From a virus, in IMG/VR virus record IMGVR_UViG_3300049436_000052, positions 233,433 through 297,432 of that record: a DNA stretch of 64,000 nucleotides; one strand, 5' to 3'. The notes under the pieces were generated by a model. It had not been told where the DNA came from, searched no databases, and was given only the letters and a program-made list of their open reading frames with translations. This document shows positions 1 to 9,611 of the stretch, piece after piece. Numbering within the stretch: position 1 is the stretch's first letter; every line of letters begins with the position of its first letter. Both the position numbers and the translations under genes were made by a program.

Positions 1-452
1 GAATGTTTTTTATTGGATTTCTTGTTAAAGAAAGAAGTTTCCAAGATTTCTTAGGTTTAAGCATCAATTCAATTGCATTTTCAGGCAGCGTGGCAGGTTT
101 GTGTTGACCAAACAACATATAGTTTTCTGATAACGAAACGCAAACATCAGTAAGCATAAATACTTTTTCAGTTTTAAGATCAATATAAAATTTTATGTTT
201 TTCATATTTATTTAATTATTATTACTTTAACTTTGTGAAGATAAGAAAATTTGATAAATTCTTTTTCAATTTCAGTTATATCGTTTGTCCAAATTTTTAC
301 ATCAATACTAGTATTATTTGGATAAACCATTATTGGTAAAATCCACCAACTTAAAAGAAACGAAAATATTGTTTTTTGTTTTAACTGTGCCTGATATACA
401 ATTTCATCATTTTTAACAATCTTCTTTATTTTTCCTAAATAAGTTTTCATAA

Positions 453-680
453 TTATTTATTATTTAGTGGTGATTCCATCAATCTAGTTAAATTAAAACC
501 AATCACATTTCCACAATGATTACATTTAAATCCATATGTTTGTTCAACCATTCTTGACATTGTAGAACAAACTAAACAATATGGTTTCCATCCATCATAC
601 CAAGTACCCCCTTTTGCTTCTTTTATTCTTTTCAATTTTTCGTCATTGGAAAGAATTTCATTTTCTTTAATAGTTTCCAT
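453..680 (-). CDS. small zinc-ribbon protein
   Basis: CLVC...CNHCG cysteine pairs, 75 aa. Confidence 0.6.
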   Translation of the reverse strand: METIKENEILSNDEKLKRIKEAKGGTWYDGWKPYCLVCSTMSRMVEQTYGFKCNHCGNVIGFNLTRLMESPLNNK

Positions 681-686
681 AATTTA

Positions 687-1295
687 CTATTCTTTTTTCG
701 ATTCTTCTTCAAATTTCTTTTTTAAATTTAACAACACTTCATTATCTGCAAGTGTAGTGTGCATCCCACTCATTTTCTTTGCACCAACTTTAATTTCTTT
801 TGGAGAAAGTTCACTAAAACTTTTCTTTATTTGTTTTTGATGAATGGCATATTCAATCTTTTTATTATCTCTAAACATTTCATTGATTGAAAAATCCCTT
901 AGAGCAATAAGTGCAGCAATGCAAATTGGTTTGTCAGATTTATCTGATTTGAATTGTTTAATTGCTTCTATCGACCACCCTTCAGGAATTTTATTTTTAG
1001 AAACTAAATCTAATCGTTTTTGTTCAATTTCTTTATTTATTTTTTCGTCTTGAGTAAAAGCATTTTTCATTCTGCTTATAGATAGATCTGTAATTTCTTC
1101 TAATCGTGGAAACGAGCATCCCATTATTGCACATGGTTTATCTGTTCCAATCGCATAATCTGATTGATCAATAGGTATATAAGCATGAATTAGATGTAAG
1201 ATAAATTTTTGTGCCTTTTCACCAGAATTCCAAATTTCTTGGATTTTCTTATAAGCTTCTTGTATTTCTTTTTCTAATGTTCTTTGTGATTCCAT
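687..1295 (-). CDS. hypothetical protein
   Basis: 202-aa ORF in co-oriented gene run. Confidence 0.7.
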   Translation of the reverse strand: MESQRTLEKEIQEAYKKIQEIWNSGEKAQKFILHLIHAYIPIDQSDYAIGTDKPCAIMGCSFPRLEEITDLSISRMKNAFTQDEKINKEIEQKRLDLVSKNKIPEGWSIEAIKQFKSDKSDKPICIAALIALRDFSINEMFRDNKKIEYAIHQKQIKKSFSELSPKEIKVGAKKMSGMHTTLADNEVLLNLKKKFEEESKKE

Positions 1296-1379
1296 AATAT
1301 TATTTTTATTTGTTAATTATTTTAAAGGAAATCGGTTAATCTTCCATTATTTTCTAAAATTTGTTATAGTTTAGGTAAA

Positions 1380-1745
1380 TTAGTTAAAATCTATTTTTGG
1401 ATTATCGTCACTTTCATTAATTATAGAAAGAAAATTATCTATTTTTGATTTTAAATAAATTACTCGATTTAGAATTTTTTCTTTCAATATATCTAAATTT
1501 TTTGAAATATCTTTTTCAAAAGAGTATGTTGTATATTCAATGGTATTTGAAAAATCAAGATACGATGATTTTATATCCTGAATTGATTGAATATTAATTC
1601 TTCTTTCTATAATTTCTCCCTCAAATTTTCTTGTTAATTTATAAATTGTTTTTTTCTTTTCACAATTCCACTTTGTAATCATATAACCCAAACCTTTCGA
1701 GGTTAAAGATGCACTTATTTTATAAATATGACTATTATTTTCCAT
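1380..1745 (-). CDS. hypothetical protein
   Basis: 121-aa ORF directly downstream of a GAAAC-N17-CGTA promoter. Confidence 0.7.
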   Translation of the reverse strand: MENNSHIYKISASLTSKGLGYMITKWNCEKKKTIYKLTRKFEGEIIERRINIQSIQDIKSSYLDFSNTIEYTTYSFEKDISKNLDILKEKILNRVIYLKSKIDNFLSIINESDDNPKIDFN

Positions 1746-1776
1746 AATTTTTATAATTTAGTTATAATACTTCTTA

Positions 1777-1802
1777 TACGAATAAATTAATAAAAATGTT
1801 TC
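1777..1802 (-). promoter_or_regulatory. ECF-type promoter GAAAC-N17-CGTA
   Basis: Exact motif on minus strand with upstream TTAAC repeats. Confidence 0.75.
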
Positions 1803-2118
1803 CTAGATTTGGTTAATAAAAGTTAAAATTTAGATGACTTTAAAATCAATAAGTTCAAATTTAATATTTGAAAAACCACTAAACCCATTTAAATCTTTTT
1901 GAACAAAATGCGTCCACCAACAAATAAAATTTGCAACATCTTTTGAATACTCGTTTAAACTTATTTCTGCTAAATTTCCAAACATTCTTATTTTAATTGG
2001 TTCTGATAAATCTAAACAGGTTTCGAAAATTAAATAATTGCATCCATGTTGAAGTTTTTCTTTTCTATCTTCAACACTAAGTAACCCAATTTTATTCAAA
2101 ATATTAATTTTATCCATT

Positions 2119-2781
2119 TTATTTAGTTTTTAATGTAAAATATTGAATTTTCTTATTTTTATAGTGATAAGTTTGTAAACCAAATATCCATGCAAATTCA
2201 AGATATTCTTCTTCATTATCAACATAGAAAACATAATCATTTCTTTGATTTAATTCAATCAGTTGAATTATTTTCTTAATTTTTCCTTTACAAGAATATA
2301 TTTTATTTGGTAATATATAGTTTCGTTTTTCGAACCAAGTATTATCAATTGTTGGATTTGCAGAACAAATGACTGTTCTGTTTCTTTCCAAACACAATTC
2401 ATATAATTTTGAAAATGAATTTTCTGTAACTACACCATCAAAATCCAATACAATCAAAACATCCAGTCCTTTGTATAAATCAATTGTTGGAAAGAAATTA
2501 TCTCTGCTGGATTTAACAATATTATTAATATCACCAATAAAATCTCTTGAAAAATGATGAACTTTTCTTATTCGATTGGTCATGTATTCCATATAATTAA
2601 ATAAAGTCCAATTGATCTTATCCAAATACTTTTGAATATCAATATTTTTTCTAACAAAAATCTCAGTTAAAATATGTTTAATATGGATAATTTCATGTCG
2701 AACCAGTAAAGTTTTACATAAACCATATTTTTCAATATCTTGTGGAATGTTAGTTAGATAATTATTGTGATCCATAAACAA
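2119..2781 (-). CDS. HAD-superfamily phosphatase (C-terminal domain)
   Basis: Motif I LDFDGV, motif II CSAN, conserved K, motif IV YVDNEEE. Confidence 0.7.
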   Translation of the reverse strand: MFMDHNNYLTNIPQDIEKYGLCKTLLVRHEIIHIKHILTEIFVRKNIDIQKYLDKINWTLFNYMEYMTNRIRKVHHFSRDFIGDINNIVKSSRDNFFPTIDLYKGLDVLIVLDFDGVVTENSFSKLYELCLERNRTVICSANPTIDNTWFEKRNYILPNKIYSCKGKIKKIIQLIELNQRNDYVFYVDNEEEYLEFAWIFGLQTYHYKNKKIQYFTLKTK

Positions 2782-2975
2782 TTGAATTATAGTTTGACTA
2801 CATCAGAATTTGCGTTCATTGTTTTAATTAATTTGTAATTCTTTTGAGCATTTTTTAAAGAACAAGATTGTCTCATTGATAATTGTTTCCAAGCATCTTC
2901 TTCACTTTCAGCAGAAACTAAATAATAATGAAAACTACGTTTAAAAATAAATAAAGTCCATTCCATAAAAACAAA

Positions 2976-3539
2976 TTATTTTATTCTTTTAATACCAAAA
3001 TCACATTTTCTAATTTTACACATTCTACCATCTGTTTTGTGATGGAATACAATTCCTTCTATATCTACTTCAGGATTTGATAAATAGGTTTTTAATCCTT
3101 CAAAAGAAAAATTAGTAACATTAAGTTTAACACAACCATGTAATATTAATTGATGATCAGCAAAATTTTCAGAATTTCTTTGTATTTTAGGACCACACAA
3201 TTCATAGGTGCTGTCTATTTTCCCAACTAAATTATCAAAACCTTCGAAATGATATTTGTCAGCAGGATTGTTTCTATCACATTTAATCCAATGTGGATGA
3301 TGTCCCGTAATTTCATCTGGTTCTTGACACGGAATTGCATTTGGCGGAACTTCTTTTCCTTTTTTCACATCATATCTTTTATAAAGTTCGCCATTTATAA
3401 TAGCACAAGCAGTTCCATCAAATTTACGAGTTGCAATTCCTTCACCACTATTAACCCATTCATTTTCGGGATTGATCTCATTAATGACTTTACTTAAATC
3501 ATTAGGATCTTTTTTGTATAATGTACTTATTTTTTTCAT
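2976..3539 (-). CDS. RNA ligase-like protein (DUF5565/C12orf29-like)
   Basis: TRKFDGT adenylation motif, YELCGPKIQ, EGIVF, MCKIR. Confidence 0.7.
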   Translation of the reverse strand: MKKISTLYKKDPNDLSKVINEINPENEWVNSGEGIATRKFDGTACAIINGELYKRYDVKKGKEVPPNAIPCQEPDEITGHHPHWIKCDRNNPADKYHFEGFDNLVGKIDSTYELCGPKIQRNSENFADHQLILHGCVKLNVTNFSFEGLKTYLSNPEVDIEGIVFHHKTDGRMCKIRKCDFGIKRIK

Positions 3540-3545
3540 AGTTAA

Positions 3546-3965
3546 CTATTTAGATTTTAATTTCTGTAATTGTTCTTGTTTTTCTTTGATTTCATTTTCA
3601 AGATTTTCAATATATTTACTATATAACTTGTCTTTTTCATATTCGGTTATATCAACAATTCCTAAAGAATCGAGTAAATTACAAAATTCAGGTTCTTGTA
3701 TAATTTCACTATCAAATTCTGCCATTTTTTCTAACAAATCTTTGATTAACCACAATGCAGACCAACTATCTTCAAATGCTTTTAATCGTGCTGCTAATGG
3801 TTTGTTTTTATGAATTTCAATAAATTCAACTTCAAATTCGCCACTTGTTCCACCTTCTGGATGATACATTCCAATCATAATACTTATTTTACCATTTAAT
3901 GATTTAGAATACCATGCATTACTGTTTCTAACATATGCTCTTACACAACCTTCATGATTTTTCAT
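3546..3965 (-). CDS. hypothetical phage protein
   Basis: 139-aa ORF, C-terminal coiled coil. Confidence 0.65.
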   Translation of the reverse strand: MKNHEGCVRAYVRNSNAWYSKSLNGKISIMIGMYHPEGGTSGEFEVEFIEIHKNKPLAARLKAFEDSWSALWLIKDLLEKMAEFDSEIIQEPEFCNLLDSLGIVDITEYEKDKLYSKYIENLENEIKEKQEQLQKLKSK

Positions 3966-3977
3966 AGTTAACTATTT

Positions 3978-4331
3978 TTAAATGTTATTAATATAATATT
4001 TCAAAGCCAATCTAATGGTTTTTTTCCATTGTTTCTTTTGAACAAAAACAGTAAAATTTCCTAGAAGTTTTTGTTTACCAGTTACGACTTGTTGATAACC
4101 GTCTCCAGTAATTGCAAACAATCCATTGTCATCGTAAATTAAACAAGGTGCATACCCAAATCTGGTATAAGTTTCCAATATAAAATCAACTTCGTATTGA
4201 TTGAAATTCTTTTTTATTTCGGTTATAATTTCTTCTTTAATTTCATCAATTCGAATATCATTGTAATCTATTTCTATCAAAGTTTCTCTTTCATCAAGAA
4301 GCTTTAAAAGATATTGTTTTTCGTTTTTCAT
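3978..4331 (-). CDS. hypothetical protein
   Basis: ORF; start moved to MKNEK to avoid overlap with the sigma gene. Confidence 0.6.
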   Translation of the reverse strand: MKNEKQYLLKLLDERETLIEIDYNDIRIDEIKEEIITEIKKNFNQYEVDFILETYTRFGYAPCLIYDDNGLFAITGDGYQQVVTGKQKLLGNFTVFVQKKQWKKTIRLALKYYINNI

Positions 4332-4341
4332 ATAGTTTAAA

Positions 4342-4995
4342 TTAATAATACATTTCGTTAGTTTCAACCACATAATAAACATCATCTTTTTTATTAATTG
4401 ATGTAGTCGTTTTCTTAATGTTGTTATTAAATTTTGATTTATATTCTGCTAATATAGTTTTTAATTTGGTTTTACAAACATGTAATCTGTTATGTACGGT
4501 ATGCGATGGAATGTTCAATTCCTCAGATATTTCATTATATTTTTTGTTTTCAAAATAAAACATGTTAAAGATTATTTGATCAGTTTCTTTTAATGTTGAT
4601 ATTGCTTCAGATATTCTTTTTGACAATTCGTTTTGATCATACTCGTTTTCAATGTCTATTGATTTATCAGCAATATCATACCTTAGTTTGTTTTCGCCCT
4701 TCCATTCACTCCCATTTTCACTTTCAGGGGATAATTGTGAAAAGAATAGAGGTTTATGTTTATATGCATCAAGTCTTGAATTGTCAATTAATAAACGATA
4801 AGCAATATTATATAACCATGTTTTTATTGCTGATTTTTTAGGATCATATTTTGAAATATTTTTAAATGCTTTAGCAAATGCCATTGCAGTTATTTCCTGA
4901 GTCAAATATTCGTTTCTAAAAGTTTTAGCTAAAATTGCCGAATAGACATCTTTATAATATGTTTTATAAATTTCATCAAAAGTAATGTTTTTCAT
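4342..4995 (-). CDS. ECF-family RNA polymerase sigma factor
   Basis: Region 2 (FDEIYKTYYKDVY...QEITAMAFAKAF...KTWLYNIA...IDNSR) and region 4 HTH (YNEISEELNIPSHTVHNRL). Confidence 0.9.
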   Translation of the reverse strand: MKNITFDEIYKTYYKDVYSAILAKTFRNEYLTQEITAMAFAKAFKNISKYDPKKSAIKTWLYNIAYRLLIDNSRLDAYKHKPLFFSQLSPESENGSEWKGENKLRYDIADKSIDIENEYDQNELSKRISEAISTLKETDQIIFNMFYFENKKYNEISEELNIPSHTVHNRLHVCKTKLKTILAEYKSKFNNNIKKTTTSINKKDDVYYVVETNEMYY

Positions 4996-5072
4996 GAGAT
5001 ATTATTTAGGAGTTTAAATCAAATCTTTAAATTTTATAGTCATACTGACTAAGTATTGAGGATATATAACCG

Positions 5073-5357
5073 TTAAGCGCAATAAAGCAACTCATCTAAA
5101 ATGCTCTTAGGTAAATTTGGAGATTCACACGATTTTAGAAATATCCAAATTTGAACATCACCACTATCCATCATTTGATGGATTATATCAGTTACAACAT
5201 AAAATCCTTTTTTTAACTTTAAAAAATCTTGGTCATAATCTTTTTCATATCCCTTTTGCTCTTTTCGAATAGCTATAAATTGATTTTCTTTTAATAATCT
5301 TAAATCAAATGAAAACCCAATATTAAAAATTTCTTTATTATCAATAAAAACTTTCAT
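5073..5357 (-). CDS. hypothetical protein in integron-like cassette
   Basis: ORF bounded by G|TTAAGC upstream and complementary GCTTAAC overlapping its stop. Confidence 0.65.
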   Translation of the reverse strand: MKVFIDNKEIFNIGFSFDLRLLKENQFIAIRKEQKGYEKDYDQDFLKLKKGFYVVTDIIHQMMDSGDVQIWIFLKSCESPNLPKSILDELLYCA

Positions 5358-5371
5358 AATCAATAAAATGT

Positions 5372-5466
5372 GCTTAACGTGCAATATAAATCAGTTGCTA
5401 TTAAGCTATTTTGTAAATTTGAAGCGTATCTGTTGGCAACCGCTTCATATTGCCTTACCGTTAGCT
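5372..5466 (-). mobile_element. attC-like integron cassette recombination site
   Basis: Minus strand: AGCTAAC...GCAATATGAAGCGGTTGC-loop-GCAACTGATTTATATTGC-AC-GTTAAGC; imperfect palindrome with AAC/GTT ends and a GTTRRRY core. Confidence 0.65.
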
Positions 5467-5741
5467 GCAATGCCCTCAAACTCATCCCATAATTCTTTTT
5501 CGGTATGTGGGTAATTGATTTCATACCATTCCCAAAAGTCAAAGTATCGCTGTCTGAAATATCTTAGGTTTTCCAATTCTTCTTTATGCGTATCAATTAC
5601 CCACTGTTCTGGTTTTCCACCAAATCCTGCAACAGGTAACGAAGGTATAACAGCAAATAAATCCAATACTTGCTTTTGTGTGTCAGCAACAGTTATCTTT
5701 CTATCATCAAGTTTCTTAAATATTTCTTTTATCTTTTCCAT
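5445..5741 (-). CDS. hypothetical protein ending in the attC-like site
   Basis: 98-aa ORF; 3' end (GIAANG) reads into the attC R'' box. Confidence 0.65.
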   Translation of the reverse strand: MEKIKEIFKKLDDRKITVADTQKQVLDLFAVIPSLPVAGFGGKPEQWVIDTHKEELENLRYFRQRYFDFWEWYEINYPHTEKELWDEFEGIAANGKAI

Positions 5742-5763
5742 AACTTAATAAAATTTGTTGTTA

Positions 5764-6144
5764 TTAAAACTCATTCAACAAAGCTTCAAGTTTTGATAAG
5801 ATAATATACTCAACCTTCCAATCAGTTGAATTGCCATAGTATTCGTGTCTGGTTTCTTCATTGTCATGAATTAAACTATCGATTTTTTTATACTGAAGAT
5901 AGGTTATATTTGGTTTAAGTTTTTCCAAAATTAAATCCAAAACTTTAAATCTATCTTTTGGGGGTTTTACATTATGTGGTTGTGGTTCATCACCATTATA
6001 ATCTCCCCCAGAATATCCACCAATTTCATATCTACAATAAACAACTGGTTCTTTAATAGATACTGGTATCATTGGTGGTTGAACGAATATCCCTTGATTA
6101 TAAGGGCATTTTTCGTTAATTTCATTAATTTCTTGTTTTGTCAT
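5764..6144 (-). CDS. hypothetical phage protein
   Basis: 126-aa ORF with GGYSGG and EYYGN motifs. Confidence 0.7.
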   Translation of the reverse strand: MTKQEINEINEKCPYNQGIFVQPPMIPVSIKEPVVYCRYEIGGYSGGDYNGDEPQPHNVKPPKDRFKVLDLILEKLKPNITYLQYKKIDSLIHDNEETRHEYYGNSTDWKVEYIILSKLEALLNEF

Positions 6145-6584
6145 GATAATAAATATTATTTTTTCAAAGTATTTAATTCAATCTTTTTATATTTTTCATA
6201 AAAATCTTTGTCAGAAACATATTGTCGTTTATTTTGATAGAGATAAAAAATAATATCAGTACCTCTTTGTATATTTCTTCCAACTTTAAGATTATATTCT
6301 TTTCCTGTTTCAGAATTTATAAATCTTCCAAGTGCTCTAATGTTAGTTAGTTTTGTCATGGTATTTAGTTTTTTATTTATAATAATTACAATCAATTAAA
6401 CAATATCAAAGTCAGTAACTAAAATTCTGTTACCATTCCTATCTATTATAGTTACATTAGGTAAATTATAAAGTGGGTTATTTGTAACTTCAACAATTTC
6501 ATATATTGGATGTATGTTAACTGATAACCTATTACATTTTATTTTCATTCCAACTTTTAATTCTACAACTTTTGTCATAAGTTT

Positions 6585-6944
6585 TTATTTAAAATTCCTT
6601 CTACAATAAAGATGTGCCATTTGTAAAGTAAAATGTGGAAAAGCGTATCTTATAAGTTTTGAAGCTTCAAGAAGTTTACGATTATTCCAACAAATTTTGG
6701 CATTTTCAATTAAATTCTCATTTTCATCTTTTAAACATTCAGATGAAGAAGCAACATTATAAAAATAACTTCCCTGATTGTTATAACCAAGTGAAGAACA
6801 TCCACGAATTTCAACATTTAGAAGATTTGAGATTTTATTACAAAAATTTGCGAAATCTTCCCATGTTGAAAATTCTATTGAGTCTTGGGATAATTCGTCC
6901 CACGCAAAACCAGATTTCTTTATAGTGTAATAAAAAGTTTTCAT
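6585..6944 (-). CDS. hypothetical protein, paralog of 20104..20304
   Basis: Shared TFYY...IEF..WE.F..FCN..S..L..EIRGC...GYNNQGSYFY. Confidence 0.75.
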   Translation of the reverse strand: MKTFYYTIKKSGFAWDELSQDSIEFSTWEDFANFCNKISNLLNVEIRGCSSLGYNNQGSYFYNVASSSECLKDENENLIENAKICWNNRKLLEASKLIRYAFPHFTLQMAHLYCRRNFK

Positions 6945-7247
6945 GATAATATTATATAAAGGTACATAAATAATAAATATTTATTTCCGATTCTTGAAGA
7001 AAATTAATATCAATTTGTTTAGTTTCTTTAATAATTTTAATACTTTTAAAATTAAATTGATTTTCTAATTCATTAATTTTCTCCAATATTTCGTTTTTAG
7101 TATCTTCACTAAATTCATCAATTTCTTTAGGTGTAATATTATTAACGCACAAAGAAATAACATCACCAACATTAAATGGGTTTGAAACCATATTACTAAA
7201 TACGGCTATATTGGTTTGTTCATAATCCGTTAAATAAAAATATATTG

Positions 7248-7532
7248 TCATAATATTATTTTTGAAATTTCATCAACAATAGAATTGTGCTCTTCTCTTC
7301 CTTCTTTTGAAGAGTATGGTCGATATCCACCTGAACCCCATTCGCTCCAACATCTGGTTGGTTTAATGTTTTTTTCCAACAATTCTGCACAATATTTTAA
7401 TTCATATGCATCTGGTGAAGTATATTTATCATCTTCCCCATTTTCAGGTTTCCAATCAGGACTAATACCAGCATATTTATCTAAAAAATTATAGATTCTT
7501 TTTGCCAATTTTTGTGAGTTTGTTTCTTTCAT
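7248..7532 (-). CDS. hypothetical protein
   Basis: 94-aa ORF behind ECF-type promoter. Confidence 0.7.
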   Translation of the reverse strand: MKETNSQKLAKRIYNFLDKYAGISPDWKPENGEDDKYTSPDAYELKYCAELLEKNIKPTRCWSEWGSGGYRPYSSKEGREEHNSIVDEISKIIL

Positions 7533-7563
7533 AATAATATTTTTTAATTGTTTATACTACTTA

Positions 7564-7589
7564 TACGAAAATTGTTATGAATATGTTTC
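7564..7589 (-). promoter_or_regulatory. ECF-type promoter GAAAC-N17-CGTA
   Basis: Exact motif plus TTAAC-N5-TTAAC and TATAAACAA leader. Confidence 0.75.
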
Positions 7590-9443
7590 ACGAATTATGT
7601 TAAAGAATGTTAAATTATATTATAATTAATGAAACATATTACCACCTCTTAAATCAAATTCATCAAAAACAATCGTAAAATTTTCAGAAAATAATGAATC
7701 TAGTAAATTTTCTTTTAATTCTACTGTAAGATAATTATCAAAACTATCCATAAGATATGGATCAAAATCTATTTCAAGTTTCCAAAAAAAATTATTTACA
7801 AAAACAATTGGTTTCAATAGTTGAGATAACATTTTTTTTACTTATTTAACTAAAAAGCCAAACCAATTGCAATTCCAAGGATTAGACCACAGAATAAAAC
7901 AATTAATAGAAATTTGGCACTACTGTTTTCATTTGCCAAATAATATTTTTTAATTGCTTTTGGAACATCACTATTCCAATAAAAGATAGCATTAGATGCT
8001 TCTTCATAATGTTCTAATGTTTTATTCATTAAATCTTTTTGTGGGGTATTATAAGCACGATTTTCCATATTGTTTTTTATTTTAAATTAGTTAATAAATC
8101 TTTTGCAATTAAATACGCACAATTAACATTATGATTTATTTCATTTTATTATATTCTTCAGTTGTAGCATATAACCACAAAATTCGATATTCTTCTAAGG
8201 TTAATTCATATAAACTTTCTTTCTTAAATTTCTCAAAAATAACCTTTTTATTGTTTTGATCATTCCAATCCAATAAATAATAGTATGATGTGGAACTCAC
8301 TTGTGATTTATCTGCTAATGTTTTCATGTTTAATTTTCTTTTGTTTCTTAGATTCTCGATTAAATTTCTTTTCAGAAATTTCTACAAAACCAGTTAAATT
8401 GGGATTTTCAACAGATTTTCCAAATGCATCATAAAAAGAATCTGGAATGTTTTTGATATATTCTGAAATGTGTTGAACTTTTTTTATTAATTCACCAGTA
8501 TTCGAATTTTTGTAATATGTGTAAGTTGTTTTCATATTTTATTTTTAGAAATTTCAGTATTATGATATGCAATTTCAATATTATATTCATCAATTGATTT
8601 GTTAAGTTCACTTATTCTACTCTTGATAATAGAAATGCTTTTTTCGTGATATTCAACTAAAATATTTGATATATATTCAAAAAGTGTTGTCGATTCATTA
8701 ACAAAATCAGGGAAAGATAAAGAAAAAATAACTTTATCTATCTGGCCTTGTCTTGTAAAATTTTTAGATTTTTTTGTCATCAAATTATTATTATCGATTT
8801 TTTATGTTAAATTATATCTTTTTATTATAGTTTTTTATTACTTTTTATCTTTTATTAGTATTTATAGTCAGTTCTTTGATATTTGGTTGTTAAAAAAATT
8901 ATACCTTTTTAACGTAAAATCATAAAGGTCAACAATTTTAGAAACAAGACGTTAAATTAAAATTTAGTTAAATGTTATTATATTAATGTTATTTTATAAA
9001 AATTAATTTTAACGAATCAAAATAATAGTTTCAAATAAAAGCAATCCTAAATACGAAAGTTGATAGGATAGAGGATATGGAGTTTATCCAATACTCAACA
9101 ATGGTATAAAGAAATGATATTATATGTTGTTTCATACTCTTCTTTAAAATTTGGTATATCTTACACAAATAAATTAGAATAATTTAGATTACTATCTTTT
9201 TCATTAATATTTAAATATTGATCGGTAGATCTAAGATGCCAAGCAACAAAAACAATTCCCAATTCGTTGCAATAATCTCCTATCAAATTTTCAACAGATT
9301 CATGTAAATCTATACCAAAATGATTAATTTTTTTTCCATTTAATGGTTCAACCAATTTATTTAAATTAGTTATTATTTCACCAACAGTTATATTTTTTTG
9401 TTTTTCCATGATACTTTTTATTAAATTATTGACTACCCAATTT

Positions 9444-9469
9444 TACGCAAAAATAATAAATAAAGTTTC
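9444..9469 (-). promoter_or_regulatory. ECF-type promoter at strand-divergence point
   Basis: GAAAC-N17-CGTA with upstream TTAAC repeats. Confidence 0.65.
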
Positions 9470-9557
9470 ATGTTCAATGTTAAATTTTGTTAATTGTTAT
9501 TTAATTTAGAATCATTCTAAATGAAACCATTAAATAATGTTAATTTATTTATATTTT

Positions 9558-9588
9558 TTTGTTTTATCGATAATCATCTCTATTTTTG
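9558..9588 (+). promoter_or_regulatory. Bacteroidota primary-sigma promoter
   Basis: TTTG-N19-TATTTTTG matches the -33/-7 consensus TTTG-N19-21-TAnnTTTG; precedes minigene array A. Confidence 0.65.
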
Positions 9589-9611
9589 TAAATCTTATAA
9601 ATATAATAAAC

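Noticed and set aside
646-5748. Plus-strand ORFs antisense to the left-arm genes
   Set aside because: They overlap better-supported minus-strand genes and have shadow-like composition.
8855-8870. T4-like late promoter TATAAATA (also near 54002)
   Set aside because: Too frequent by chance at this AT content and not consistently positioned before genes.
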